From an uncultured Eubacteriales bacterium (lineage in GTDB: Bacteria; Bacillota; Clostridia; Oscillospirales; RGIG7773), in NCBI GenBank assembly GCA_934541205.1, contig CAKTDK010000022.1:1-18174 (forward strand): a stretch of DNA of 18,174 bases, given 5' to 3'. The position numbers and the translations under genes were made by a program. The notes under the pieces are model-generated. The model ran no database searches. It saw only the letters and a program-made list of their open reading frames with translations, and was not told where the DNA came from. The stretch's first letter is position 1. Each line of letters begins with the position of its first letter. Shown here one piece after another: positions 1 through 8,235 of this stretch.

Positions 1-164
1 ACCTTATATATCTCTACATAATCAGCTTTTTCAGAAAATTCCTCCAATACAGGAGCCTGCATCTTACAAGGCCCGCACCACGTTGCAAAAAAATCTACAA
101 TAACCGTTTTTTCATTTTTTAAAACCTTTTCATCAAATTCAGATGTTTTTATCTGCTGTACCAT
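1..164 (-). CDS. trxA: Thioredoxin, N-terminal part; gene continues beyond window start
   Basis: Reverse complement of 1-164 translates to [55 protein letters not shown], with the canonical WCGPC active site. An AAGGAGGA RBS lies upstream of the ATG (revcomp of 165-180). Not in the ORF track because it is truncated. Confidence 0.85.
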   Translation of the reverse strand, partial: MVQQIKTSEFDEKVLKNEKTVIVDFFATWCGPCKMQAPVLEEFSEKADYVEIYK

Positions 165-269
165 AAATTATTCCTCCTTTTGTATGATGTTAATATTATA
201 TCACATTTTCTATAATATTATAATATTTTTATATAACTATGTCCTCTTTGTTAATTTTTATTTTTTATA

Positions 270-298
270 TTGTGTATAACAAAAAAAAGTGTTAAAAT
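270..298 (+). promoter_or_regulatory. Candidate sigma-A promoter: TTGTGT, 17-nt spacer, TGt-TAAAAT extended -10
   Basis: Hexamers read directly from the sequence upstream of the 335 ORF. Not validated. Confidence 0.3.
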
Positions 299-334
299 AA
301 AGAAGATTTATGAAAATGAAAAGGGGGGCCGAAA

Positions 335-1357
335 ATGGCAAAAAAAGCTGTCAAAAAAAGATTTTCCTGGAAAACCTTTTTTTCTTCATTTACTATCACA
401 TTTTTAAGCATAGCTATTGTAGTTGTATTTCTTCTTTACGGCCCTTGGCCCGGATTTCGCGAACTTTGGATAACAACCGCTATGACTACCATGAATCATA
501 AATATCTTGCAACTATGTTTTACGATGAAAATACTATAAATGATGTTTTAGCCAACAATGTAGTAATCGAATCCGGAGAATCAACAAATTCCGGAGAAAT
601 AACAATAAAAAACAAAGGCAAGCCCACTATAAAAAAACATACCGTAAAAGGAAACGGATACTACGGATATATGCTAGAAATATCCAATCCTTCCTGGATT
701 CATATCGGTATTTCAAACAAATTCGGCACAATGGGACAAAAACTTGTTAATATAGTTGATGATTACAATGCCATCGCAGCAATAAACGCTTCAGGTTTTG
801 TTGACCCCGGAGGACACGGAAAAGGCGGCACTCCTGTAGGAATTATAGTTCAGGACGGCAAAATAATTTATGAAGGAACTTCAAAAACCCATAATATTAT
901 AGGTTTTAATGAAGACGGCGTCCTTGTTCTTGGGAAATTTACAAAACAGCAAATACTTGATCAGGGAATTGTAAACGGAGTAGATTTCGGCCCCTTTTTA
1001 ATTGTAAATGGTGAAAGCGCAACTATTAAAGGTGACGGCGGCTGGGGAATTGCGCCTCGTACCGCAATCGGACAACGTAAAGACGGCACCGTACTTTTTC
1101 TTGTGATTGACGGTCGTCAGCCTGGATATAGTATAGGTCTTAAAATGAGTCAACTTCAAAAAATAATGGAGGATTATGGAGCTTATAACGCTGCAAATCT
1201 TGACGGCGGCTCTTCTTCTTCAATGCATCTTGACGGCGAATTAATTACAAAGCCCTGCGGTCCAATCGGTGAAAGATGGCTTCCCAATGCATTTGTTATA
1301 TGCTCTCCTGATGATTATAAATCTGCACAAGCGGATAGAAAAAATTTAATAGACTGA
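335..1357 (+). CDS. Membrane-anchored phosphodiester glycosidase family protein (DUF2233/NAGPA-like)
   Basis: GGGGGG RBS before the ATG and an N-terminal hydrophobic anchor (FLSIAIVVVFLLYGPW). Motifs AINASGF, GWGIAPRTAIGQ and NLDGGSSSSM are typical of the phosphodiester glycosidase family. Assignment is by motif memory only. Confidence 0.65.
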   Translation: MAKKAVKKRFSWKTFFSSFTITFLSIAIVVVFLLYGPWPGFRELWITTAMTTMNHKYLATMFYDENTINDVLANNVVIESGESTNSGEITIKNKGKPTIKKHTVKGNGYYGYMLEISNPSWIHIGISNKFGTMGQKLVNIVDDYNAIAAINASGFVDPGGHGKGGTPVGIIVQDGKIIYEGTSKTHNIIGFNEDGVLVLGKFTKQQILDQGIVNGVDFGPFLIVNGESATIKGDGGWGIAPRTAIGQRKDGTVLFLVIDGRQPGYSIGLKMSQLQKIMEDYGAYNAANLDGGSSSSMHLDGELITKPCGPIGERWLPNAFVICSPDDYKSAQADRKNLID

Positions 1358-1359
1358 TA

Positions 1360-1390
1360 AAAACGATGAGATATAATCTCATCGTTTTTA
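1360..1390 (+). terminator. Rho-independent terminator
   Basis: aaacgatgagat / atctcatcgttt inverted repeat followed by TTTTT, directly after the stop at 1355-1357. Confidence 0.65.
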
Positions 1391-1643
1391 TCATTATAAG
1401 AAATAATATTCAAAGAAAATTATCGAAAATGAAAAAATTTTTTATACTAATTTTTAAATACATAATATTTTTCAGCCTTAATCACAATAACGCTTAAAGT
1501 ATTTCCGTAATGAAAAATCTATTAACAAAAATTGCTCTGCTTATAATCAAAATAAAATGACATAAACTATTTACTATATATAGCAACTCAAATATATTTT
1601 TAATATATTCAAAAAAATATTTTAAAAATTCATAAAAATGTTA

Positions 1644-1672
1644 TTGACATTCATCTGAATGTATGATATTAT
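1644..1672 (+). promoter_or_regulatory. Candidate sigma-A promoter: TTGACA, 17 nt, TATTAT
   Basis: Perfect -35 at 1644-1649 and a good -10 at 1667-1672 with 17-nt spacing, about 30 nt upstream of the RBS/ATG at 1702. Confidence 0.45.
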
Positions 1673-1701
1673 TATTCCAACATACGAAAGGAGGAATAAA
1701 A

Positions 1702-2271
1702 ATGTCAAAAGAATATATTTACGGAACTGTAATAGAACGCCAAAAAGGCGGCCCTACAGGACTTGAATTTTTAAACGGAATATTCAATGTAACATCAGGT
1801 CTTATGCTTTCTCAAGTAAGAGAAATAACAGGAATAGATTCCTCAGCACTGCAAAACTGGATAAACAGAGGCTGGGTATCCCGTCCCGTAAATAAAAAAT
1901 ATAATATTGACCAGGTTTCAAGAATTATTATAATAAATGTTCTCAGAAATACTATGAAACTTGAGAATATAGATTTTTTACTTCATTATATAAACGGAAA
2001 TTTATATTGCCGTGACGATGATATAATTTGTGAAAGTCAGTTATTCGATTATATTTGCAAAATAATCGACAAACTGAAAAATCAGGTAAAAGATTTTAAC
2101 AGTGAAAAGATTATTGAAGACTGCATAGGAGAGGTAATTTGCGAATATAAAGAAATTATACCGGGCGCAAAAAAACGTCTTACTTTTGCTTTAAAAATTA
2201 TAATAAATTCATATATTGCAGTTTTTTATAAGAAAAAAGCAGAAGAAATGCTGTCTGAAATTAAAAACTGA
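1702..2271 (+). CDS. DUF1836-family protein (MerR-like HTH, putative regulator)
   Basis: Start moved to the ATG at 1702, preceded by AAAGGAGGA (1687-1695). The track start at 1663 lacks an RBS. The segment LSQVREITGIDSSALQNWINRGWVSRPVNKKYNIDQVSRIIIINVLRN matches the DUF1836 signature (L..V..LTG...S.I.NY...L.PP.KK.Y...L..L..I). Confidence 0.6.
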   Translation: MSKEYIYGTVIERQKGGPTGLEFLNGIFNVTSGLMLSQVREITGIDSSALQNWINRGWVSRPVNKKYNIDQVSRIIIINVLRNTMKLENIDFLLHYINGNLYCRDDDIICESQLFDYICKIIDKLKNQVKDFNSEKIIEDCIGEVICEYKEIIPGAKKRLTFALKIIINSYIAVFYKKKAEEMLSEIKN

Positions 2272-2285
2272 AAGGAGGTATATTT

Positions 2286-2885
2286 ATGGGAGAGTGGTGG
2301 AACTCTTTAACATCAATCCAGCAAATTTTTGCAGGGGTGGCAATTCCTGCGACAGTTATACTTGTAGTACAATCTATACTTCTGTTATTTGGTATAGGAG
2401 ACGGTATTTCCGATCATGATTTTGATGTACACGATATGTCTTCAAACGATATGGATATATCAGAAAGCGGCGACGGCGGTCTTGCTCTTTTTTCCATCAG
2501 AGGTATTGTAGCATTTTTTACGGTTGGCGGATGGTCCGGAGTGGTTATGATAAATTTAGGACTTCATCCTATACTTTCCGGAATAATTGCATTCATACTT
2601 GGCGCATTAGCACTTATAGGTATAGCATTTATGATGAAATCAGCTATGAAACTTCAATATAACGGTACTATGAATCTAAACGAATGCATAGGAAAATCCG
2701 GTAAAGTTTATATAAGAGTTCCAAAGAAAGGAATCGGAACCGGAAAGGTTACTGTTACAGTTCAGGGAAAACTATGTGAACTTGATGCTTTAACAGATGA
2801 AAACTGTGATCTTACCACCGGAATGTTTGTAAGCATTATCGGAGTAACCGATGACGGAATACTTAAAGTAACAAAACAAAAATAA
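2286..2885 (+). CDS. Short NfeD-like membrane protein (YuaF-type) with C-terminal OB-fold
   Basis: AAAGGAGG RBS, TM helices, an acidic loop, and a C-terminal beta-rich segment (GKVYIRVPKKGIGTGKVTVTVQGKLCELDALTDENCDLTTGMFVSIIGVTDDGILKV) like NfeD partner-binding domains. It sits immediately upstream of a flotillin gene. Confidence 0.6.
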   Translation: MGEWWNSLTSIQQIFAGVAIPATVILVVQSILLLFGIGDGISDHDFDVHDMSSNDMDISESGDGGLALFSIRGIVAFFTVGGWSGVVMINLGLHPILSGIIAFILGALALIGIAFMMKSAMKLQYNGTMNLNECIGKSGKVYIRVPKKGIGTGKVTVTVQGKLCELDALTDENCDLTTGMFVSIIGVTDDGILKVTKQK

Positions 2886-2903
2886 TTTTTAGAGGTGGAT
2901 TTT

Positions 2904-4268
2904 ATGGGAGATTCAGCACTTGTAATTCTTTTAGTCGTATTGGGACTTCTTATTCTTACTACTTTTATAGTAATTTTATCAAGATACAGAAGATGTCCTT
3001 CCGACAAAATCATGGTAATCTACGGTAAAGTAGGTTCCAACAAAGACGGCAGTCAAAAAAGCGCAAAATGCATTCACGGCGGGGCGGCATTTGTAATGCC
3101 GGTTATTCAGGCGTATGAGTATCTTGACCTTACGCCGCTTTCAATAAGCGTTGATTTAAAAAATGCCCTTTCAAGACAAAATATCCGTATAGATGTTCCT
3201 TCAAGATTTACCGTAGGTATCTCTACCGAGCCTGCTGTTATGCAAAATGCTGCGGAAAGAATGCTTGGGTTAAAGCTTGATGAAATTCAGGAACTTGCAA
3301 AGGATATTATTTTCGGTCAGCTTCGTCTTGTAATTGCAACAATGGACATTGAAGAAATCAATACTGACAGAGATAAATTTCTTGAAGCTGTTTCATCCAA
3401 TGTGGAAACAGAACTTAAAAAAATCGGTTTAAGACTTATAAACGTTAACGTAACCGACATAAACGATGAATCAGGATATATTCAGGCTCTCGGTAAAGAA
3501 GCTGCCGCAAAAGCTATAAACGACGCAAAAATTTCCGTTGCAGAAGCTGACAGAGGCGGTTCTATAGGTGAAGCAAATGCTAAAAGAGACCAAAGAATTC
3601 AGGTCTCAATGGCAAACTCCGAAGCTATTAAAGGTGAAAACGAAGCGCAGGCTCACATAGCTCAGTCAAATGCAGAACGCCGTGAAAAAGAAGCAGAAGC
3701 ATTAAGAAGAGCTACACAGGCTGAAAAAATACAAGCAGCTATGGCCCTTGAAGAAGCTTATGCAGCAGAACAAAAAGCTGAAACTGCCCGTGCCGAAAGA
3801 GAAAAAGCCACTATGGAAGCCGATGTTATCGTTAAAGCAGAAATAGAAAAGAAGAAAAAAGAGCTTGAAGCAGAAGCTGTTGCAGAACAGACAAGACGAC
3901 AGGCTAAAGGTGAAGCGGACGCTATTTATGCAAAAATGCAGGCGCAGGCTAAAGGTATGGAAGAAATTCTTACAAAACAGGCTAAAGGTCTGGCAGATAT
4001 AGTAAAAGCTGCCGGAGGCAACGCAGATAAAGCTGCTCAGCTTATGATTGCCGACAAACTTGAAGATTTGGTTAAAATTCAGGTTGAGGCTGTTAAGAAC
4101 CTTAAAATAGATAAGGTTACTGTTTGGGACGGAATGAACGGAAAAGACGGAAGCTCTACAACATCAAACTTTTTGTCAAGTATGATGAAATCAATTCCTC
4201 CCATGAATGAAATGTTCGGCATGGCAGGAATGGCTCTTCCTGAATTTTTAGGAAAAGAAAAATCCTAA
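2904..4268 (+). CDS. floT: Flotillin / SPFH (band-7) domain protein with EA-rich coiled-coil flotillin domain
   Basis: N-terminal membrane hairpin, SPFH core and a long Glu/Ala-rich heptad region (AEREKATMEADVIVKAEIEKKKKELEAEAVAEQTRRQAKGEADAIYAKMQAQAKGMEEIL). The track start at 2895 is GTG. The ATG at 2904 has an AGAGGTGG RBS at 5-nt spacing, so 2904 is preferred. The floT symbol is by analogy to B. subtilis yuaF-floT. Confidence 0.8.
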   Translation: MGDSALVILLVVLGLLILTTFIVILSRYRRCPSDKIMVIYGKVGSNKDGSQKSAKCIHGGAAFVMPVIQAYEYLDLTPLSISVDLKNALSRQNIRIDVPSRFTVGISTEPAVMQNAAERMLGLKLDEIQELAKDIIFGQLRLVIATMDIEEINTDRDKFLEAVSSNVETELKKIGLRLINVNVTDINDESGYIQALGKEAAAKAINDAKISVAEADRGGSIGEANAKRDQRIQVSMANSEAIKGENEAQAHIAQSNAERREKEAEALRRATQAEKIQAAMALEEAYAAEQKAETARAEREKATMEADVIVKAEIEKKKKELEAEAVAEQTRRQAKGEADAIYAKMQAQAKGMEEILTKQAKGLADIVKAAGGNADKAAQLMIADKLEDLVKIQVEAVKNLKIDKVTVWDGMNGKDGSSTTSNFLSSMMKSIPPMNEMFGMAGMALPEFLGKEKS

Positions 4269-4357
4269 ATTAAAGTATCCCCTGACAACGATATTTCAGT
4301 TGAAAATACTTCTCAGGTATAATATAATAAGAATATTTTATATGAAAAGAAGGAAAA

Positions 4358-4390
4358 ACCCGGACTTTAAAAAAGTCCGAGTTTTTTTCT
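4358..4390 (+). terminator. Rho-independent terminator of the flotillin operon
   Basis: cggactt / aagtccg stem followed by a 7-T run (4381-4389). Confidence 0.6.
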
Positions 4391-4414
4391 TAGTTATAAT
4401 AAAAATTGACTTTT

Positions 4415-4730
4415 CTTTTTTGTCATTCTGGAGAAGTTTTTCTTTTTCACATTTTGAGGAGCGATAACAACGAAAAATTTCCTCTATTTTGTCATTCAGG
4501 TGAAACTATTTTTATGTCATTCAGAAAGGCGAATCCTAGAAGAATCGCTTATACGATCAAAAGAATTACTCATTGTCGTTTGCCAATAACATCTATTCCT
4601 TCCTGTCATTTAGAGGAGTAATAACGACGAAGAATCTCTTCATTTTGTAACTTTAAAAGGCATAAACTCGAAGAATCTCATTGATGAATGAGGAGAGACT
4701 CCTCACTAACATTCGCCAATGACATAAAGG
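4415..4730. repeat. Cluster of degenerate copies of a short hairpin-forming repeat (core TGTCATTC ... AACGAC-CGAAGAATCTC), both orientations
   Basis: TGTCATT(C/T) at 4421, 4490, 4515 and 4604. CGAAGAATCTC at 4628 and 4669. Inverse AATGACA at 4718. GTCGTT at 4574 complements AACGAC at 4622. Palindrome TGAGGAGAGACTCCTCA at 4689-4705. A near-identical copy lies at 10483-10570. Confidence 0.6.
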
Positions 4731-4828
4731 AAATACTTTAACATAAAAACAATATTTAGAATGCCAAAAAACAACGCTAAAATAACATTGATACAGTGTC
4801 TTACATGACAAGAAACAAGAAACTGTCT

Positions 4829-4857
4829 TTCATTAATTTGCTGTTTATGTTATAATA
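4829..4857 (+). promoter_or_regulatory. Candidate promoter: TTCATT, 16 nt, TGt-TATAAT extended -10
   Basis: Read directly upstream of the 4888 gene. Confidence 0.3.
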
Positions 4858-4887
4858 AAAAACACTATATATTAGAAAGGTATTTTT

Positions 4888-5379
4888 ATGAAACTTCCAA
4901 AAATCGGAATGCGTATGATAAAATCATCTATCGCAGTTTTTATTTGTTTTTTAATATCTTTTACAAGACCTGATGCAATGCCGTTTTATTCTGCTATTGC
5001 GGCTATACTTTGTATGCAGCCTGATGTTTCAAACAGTATAAAAGTTGCTTTAAACAGAACCATAGGAACTTTTATAGGTGGTATCATGGGTGTTCTTGTA
5101 CTTCTCGTATTTCATTTTAAATTACCGACGGAAATGCTTATTTTAAAATATCTTATTGTTTCTATTCTTATAATTCCACTTATTTATATAACTATTCTTA
5201 TTAAAAAGCCTACTGCCTCCTATATTACCTGCGTGGTTTTTTTAAGTATTGTCATAGCTCACGGAAACGATGTAAATCCTTTTATGTTCGGCATTAACAG
5301 AATTATTGATACTTTAATAGGAATAGGGGTTTCCCTTGCTGTAAACGCAATCATACCATATAAAAATAATTCAGAATAA
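4888..5379 (+). CDS. Small integral membrane protein, aromatic-acid-exporter/FUSC-like (ArAE-type N-terminal module)
   Basis: GAAAGG RBS. The MKLPKIGMRMIKSSIAVFICFLISF start resembles the N-termini of FUSC/ArAE-family proteins. Four to five predicted TM helices. The assignment is weak. Confidence 0.4.
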   Translation: MKLPKIGMRMIKSSIAVFICFLISFTRPDAMPFYSAIAAILCMQPDVSNSIKVALNRTIGTFIGGIMGVLVLLVFHFKLPTEMLILKYLIVSILIIPLIYITILIKKPTASYITCVVFLSIVIAHGNDVNPFMFGINRIIDTLIGIGVSLAVNAIIPYKNNSE

Positions 5380-5404
5380 TTCATTTAATATTATAAAAAG
5401 TTTA

Positions 5405-5436
5405 TAAAATGCTGTTTACTTAACAGCATTTTTCTG
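5405..5436 (+). terminator. Rho-independent terminator
   Basis: aaatgctgtt / aacagcattt inverted repeat followed by TTTCT. Confidence 0.5.
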
Positions 5437-5476
5437 TTATAATAAATAAAACTTATAATTTTAAAGAGGTATAATT

Positions 5477-7270
5477 ATGAAAAGAATTGTTTTATTTATT
5501 TTGAGTATTGCTTTATGCCTGAATATGTTTTTTATTGGAAACTTAAACGCTGTTTCTTCAGCTCCTGTATTTTCATACAATTCAAATATGGAAATAACAT
5601 CAATAAAAAACATTAATAATTCCGTTCTCAGCTTACCAGAAGACGCTGTAGGATTTGCTCCGGAATTTAATATTTCTGACATTTCACAGGCAGAGCTTGT
5701 TGAAACAATATCAATACCGAAAAACTTTACTGTTTTAAATTCAAACGCTATTTACAAAAAATTTCCCAACCTAAAAAAATTTATTGTAAATGAAGAAAAC
5801 AATAATTTCACTGCTGAAAACGGTGTTTTGTTTTCAAAAAACAAAACAGTTTTATATATTTACCCCGAAAACAAGCCTGATTATGAATACACTGTCCCGG
5901 AAAATACACTGATAATAAATTCTTACGCTTTTGCAAATAATCAGCATATTGGAAAAGTAAATATTTCCAAAGATGTAACTACAATAAAAGATAGCTGTTT
6001 TTATAACTCCTCTGTTAAAGAAGTTTATATGTCCGATTCAGTTGAAAGCATAGGGAATGAATGTTTTAAGGAATGTGCTACCTTAGAAAAGATAGAACTT
6101 TCAGAAAATATCACATCTATCGGTAATGAATGCTTTAAAGATTGCGTTACACTAGAAGAAATAAATATTCCAAAAAGCGTAAAAGACTTTGGAACAGGAG
6201 TTTTTTACGGCTGTACAAATCTAAAAAAAGCAGTTTTGCCGGCAAATCTTAAATCCGTACCCGCATATACATTTATGATGTCAGGTATTACCACAGCCGA
6301 AATCCCCTCCTCTGCAACTTCTATCGGGGATTACGCTTTCACTTACTGTAATTTAGATGATTGTTTAATTATTCCCGAAAGCATAGAATCTATCGGTCAG
6401 TATGCTTTTGCTGTCTGCAATATAAAGGAATTTATTACTTTCCCTAAATCTTTAAAGTCAATAAAAGAAGGAGCTTTCGCTGGTAACAGCGATATATTCT
6501 ACATAATATTCAATGGAGCTGAAACAAAATTTAGCCCGGAAGCAATTTACACAGGAAACAATTTTTACGATATGAATATATATTGTATTACCGATTCCAA
6601 TACATATAATTGCTTAAAAGACTATCGCGATTATCTAAACATAAAAGATATAAACGACTTTGTCTCCTTTGAATCTTTATCTGATATACCGGAAGATCAC
6701 TGGGCAAAAGAAGCAATAAGATTTTGTTTTTATAAAAATTATATGAAAGGCAAATCCTCTTCATCTTTTGATCCAAACGCAAAAATTACAAGAGCCGAAT
6801 TTTCCCAGCTGATGTTTAATATAAGAAAAAAATCATTCGACCCTGACGATGTATATTTTGTTGAAGATTTTACCGACGTACCTTATGATAAGTGGTACAG
6901 CGAAGCTATATATTCCTGCGCGGCTATGGGCCTTATAGCAGGCTACGACGACTGTTCCTTTAAACCAAATAACAACATAATACGCCAAGACGCAATTTTA
7001 GTAATTATGAGAAATATCCGCGGCTACTATTATTACGAATTTACAGATCCTTATGAAATAGAAAACATGATTGAAATTTTAAATCAGGACAATGTTTATA
7101 AGGATATAAACAATATTTCCGATTACGCAAAAGCCGCCGTAATAGATGCGCTTTACTACAATTATATAAGCGGAACCGATGATGGATATATAAATCCTAA
7201 AAATAATCTTACAAGAGCAGAATGCGCGCAGCTGATTTATAATATTTATAAAAACCATTACTATTATTAA
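5477..7270 (+). CDS. Secreted cell-surface protein: signal peptide, BspA-type Cys-containing leucine-rich repeats (LRR_5-like), three C-terminal SLH domains
   Basis: N-terminal signal peptide (MKRIVLFILSIALCLNMFFIGNLNA). Repeated ~23-aa units with SIGNECFK(E/D)C..LE.I.L. Three SLH-like modules (DIPEDHWAKEAIRF..., FTDVPYDKWYSEAIYSCAAMGLIAGY..., DYAKAAVIDALYYNYISG...). Confidence 0.75.
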   Translation: MKRIVLFILSIALCLNMFFIGNLNAVSSAPVFSYNSNMEITSIKNINNSVLSLPEDAVGFAPEFNISDISQAELVETISIPKNFTVLNSNAIYKKFPNLKKFIVNEENNNFTAENGVLFSKNKTVLYIYPENKPDYEYTVPENTLIINSYAFANNQHIGKVNISKDVTTIKDSCFYNSSVKEVYMSDSVESIGNECFKECATLEKIELSENITSIGNECFKDCVTLEEINIPKSVKDFGTGVFYGCTNLKKAVLPANLKSVPAYTFMMSGITTAEIPSSATSIGDYAFTYCNLDDCLIIPESIESIGQYAFAVCNIKEFITFPKSLKSIKEGAFAGNSDIFYIIFNGAETKFSPEAIYTGNNFYDMNIYCITDSNTYNCLKDYRDYLNIKDINDFVSFESLSDIPEDHWAKEAIRFCFYKNYMKGKSSSSFDPNAKITRAEFSQLMFNIRKKSFDPDDVYFVEDFTDVPYDKWYSEAIYSCAAMGLIAGYDDCSFKPNNNIIRQDAILVIMRNIRGYYYYEFTDPYEIENMIEILNQDNVYKDINNISDYAKAAVIDALYYNYISGTDDGYINPKNNLTRAECAQLIYNIYKNHYYY

Positions 7271-7271
7271 A

Positions 7272-7312
7272 AATAAAACGGAAAGAAAATTTTCTTTCCG
7301 TTTTATTTTTTT
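7272..7312. terminator. Strong bidirectional rho-independent terminator
   Basis: aaaacggaaagaaa / tttctttccgtttt stem flanked by an A-run upstream and a T-run downstream. It serves the + LRR gene and the - strand fragment ending at 7303. Confidence 0.7.
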
Positions 7313-7545
7313 GTAAGAAGTCTTTTATATGTTAAATCAATTAAAAATGACCCCAAAGGCGCAGTTATCAATATAGAAAGTACAGCCGCGTTAAGCACAA
7401 TATTACCGCATGAAAGTCCCAGTGAAAGCGGGATTTCCCCTATTGCCGCCTGTACAGTGGCTTTTGGAATATAAGCAATCATACAAAATAAATATTTAAA
7501 AAAAGAAAAAATTGATATTACCTTTCCTGATTTGAATATAAACAA
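7303..7545 (-). pseudogene. Orphan C-terminal fragment of a polytopic membrane transporter (cation:proton antiporter-like)
   Basis: The ORF encodes two TM helices (IPKATVQAAIGEIPLSLGLSCGNIVLNAAVLSILITAPLGSFLIDLTYKRLL) typical of the last hairpin of CPA-type antiporters. Nothing continues upstream. The family call is from memory. Confidence 0.3.
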
Positions 7546-7711
7546 TAAGAAAATTATAGAAATTGAAAGCTACAAAGCTTTGCAACAAATTAAAAACGTC
7601 ATTGAAGATGACAGCCTTAATGACAAAGAATGTTTTTTAAAAATTGAAAAAATTATCTGTATTTTTGAATCAATAGAAATCGACTGCGTAAACCGTCATG
7701 ACTTTGGATAA
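7475..7711 (+). pseudogene. Start-less 79-codon ORF, likely the 3' remnant of a disrupted gene
   Basis: Open frame from the stop at 7472-7474 to TAA at 7709-7711 with no ATG/GTG; the only in-frame TTG has no RBS. It is followed by a terminator-like hairpin at 7772-7799. Confidence 0.3.
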
Positions 7712-7766
7712 AAAAAGACAGCATCAAATGACCGTTCGTGATAAAACCACAGTTTTTCATCCTTTT

Positions 7767-7807
7767 GAAACGGCATAGGTTTTCTATGCCATTTTTCTTG
7801 CCGTTTC
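7767..7807 (+). terminator. Nested hairpin with a T-run, terminator-like
   Basis: ggcatag gttttc ctatgcc followed by ATTTTTCTT, enclosed by gaaacggc (7767-7774) / gccgtttc (7800-7807). Confidence 0.4.
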
Positions 7808-8058
7808 AGCAGTGACATATCATATCCTTGCAAAAACAATGAAAATGATATAAGAGCAAGCAAAGCGAGTACAACCACACTCACTAAATTTTATTTCTGG
7901 GGTAGTCCCAGGCCGTTTTTGAGAAACCTTTGCTCTTTTTTTGCCCTCATATAAGTAAGCGGAAAAGAGGTAAAAATACAATATTTTGAAAAAATTTTTG
8001 AAGTTAACATAAATTTAAAATTTTTAACAAAGCGCAGATGGTGTTTGCTCTAAACTTA

Positions 8059-8068
8059 TGATATAATA
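8059..8068 (+). promoter_or_regulatory. Extended -10 element TGaTATAAT
   Basis: Perfect TGnTATAAT about 80 nt upstream of the ATG at 8145. No good -35. Confidence 0.3.
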
Positions 8069-8235
8069 ATTAAAAATCAGATGTAAAAAATAGGGATTGA
8101 ATATGAAATTTTTTTAGATATTGTAAAGTGTAGATTAAAATATTATGTATACGCTTCATTGATCCAAGAGATAATACGGTTTTTTACATAGGTAAAGGTA
8201 AAAATGATCGTATTTTTCAACATGAAAAAGAAGAT

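Noticed and set aside
310-501. 63-aa ORF overlapping the start of the glycosidase gene
   Set aside because: It is in a different frame from the well-supported 335-1357 gene, which has a strong RBS. It is composition-driven.
2216-2419. 67-aa ORF overlapping the DUF1836 3' end and NfeD 5' end
   Set aside because: Out-of-frame overlap with two supported genes and no RBS.
4406-4621. 71-aa ORF (MTFLFCHSGEVFLFHILRS...) in the repeat-rich intergenic tract
   Set aside because: Its sequence is a translation of the TGTCATTC repeat copies (recurring FCHSGE/LSFR peptides). There is no RBS. This is an artefact of a repetitive non-coding tract.
4415-4730. Possible CRISPR array
   Set aside because: Repeat copies are degenerate, occur in both orientations, and have irregular spacing (25, 25, 89 nt). 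There are no uniform spacers and no cas genes nearby.
7696-7884. 62-aa - strand ORF with hydrophobic N-terminus
   Set aside because: It overlaps the + strand terminator hairpin and the debris region. It has no RBS and no recognisable domain, so it is probably spurious or a remnant of the deleted transporter N-terminus.
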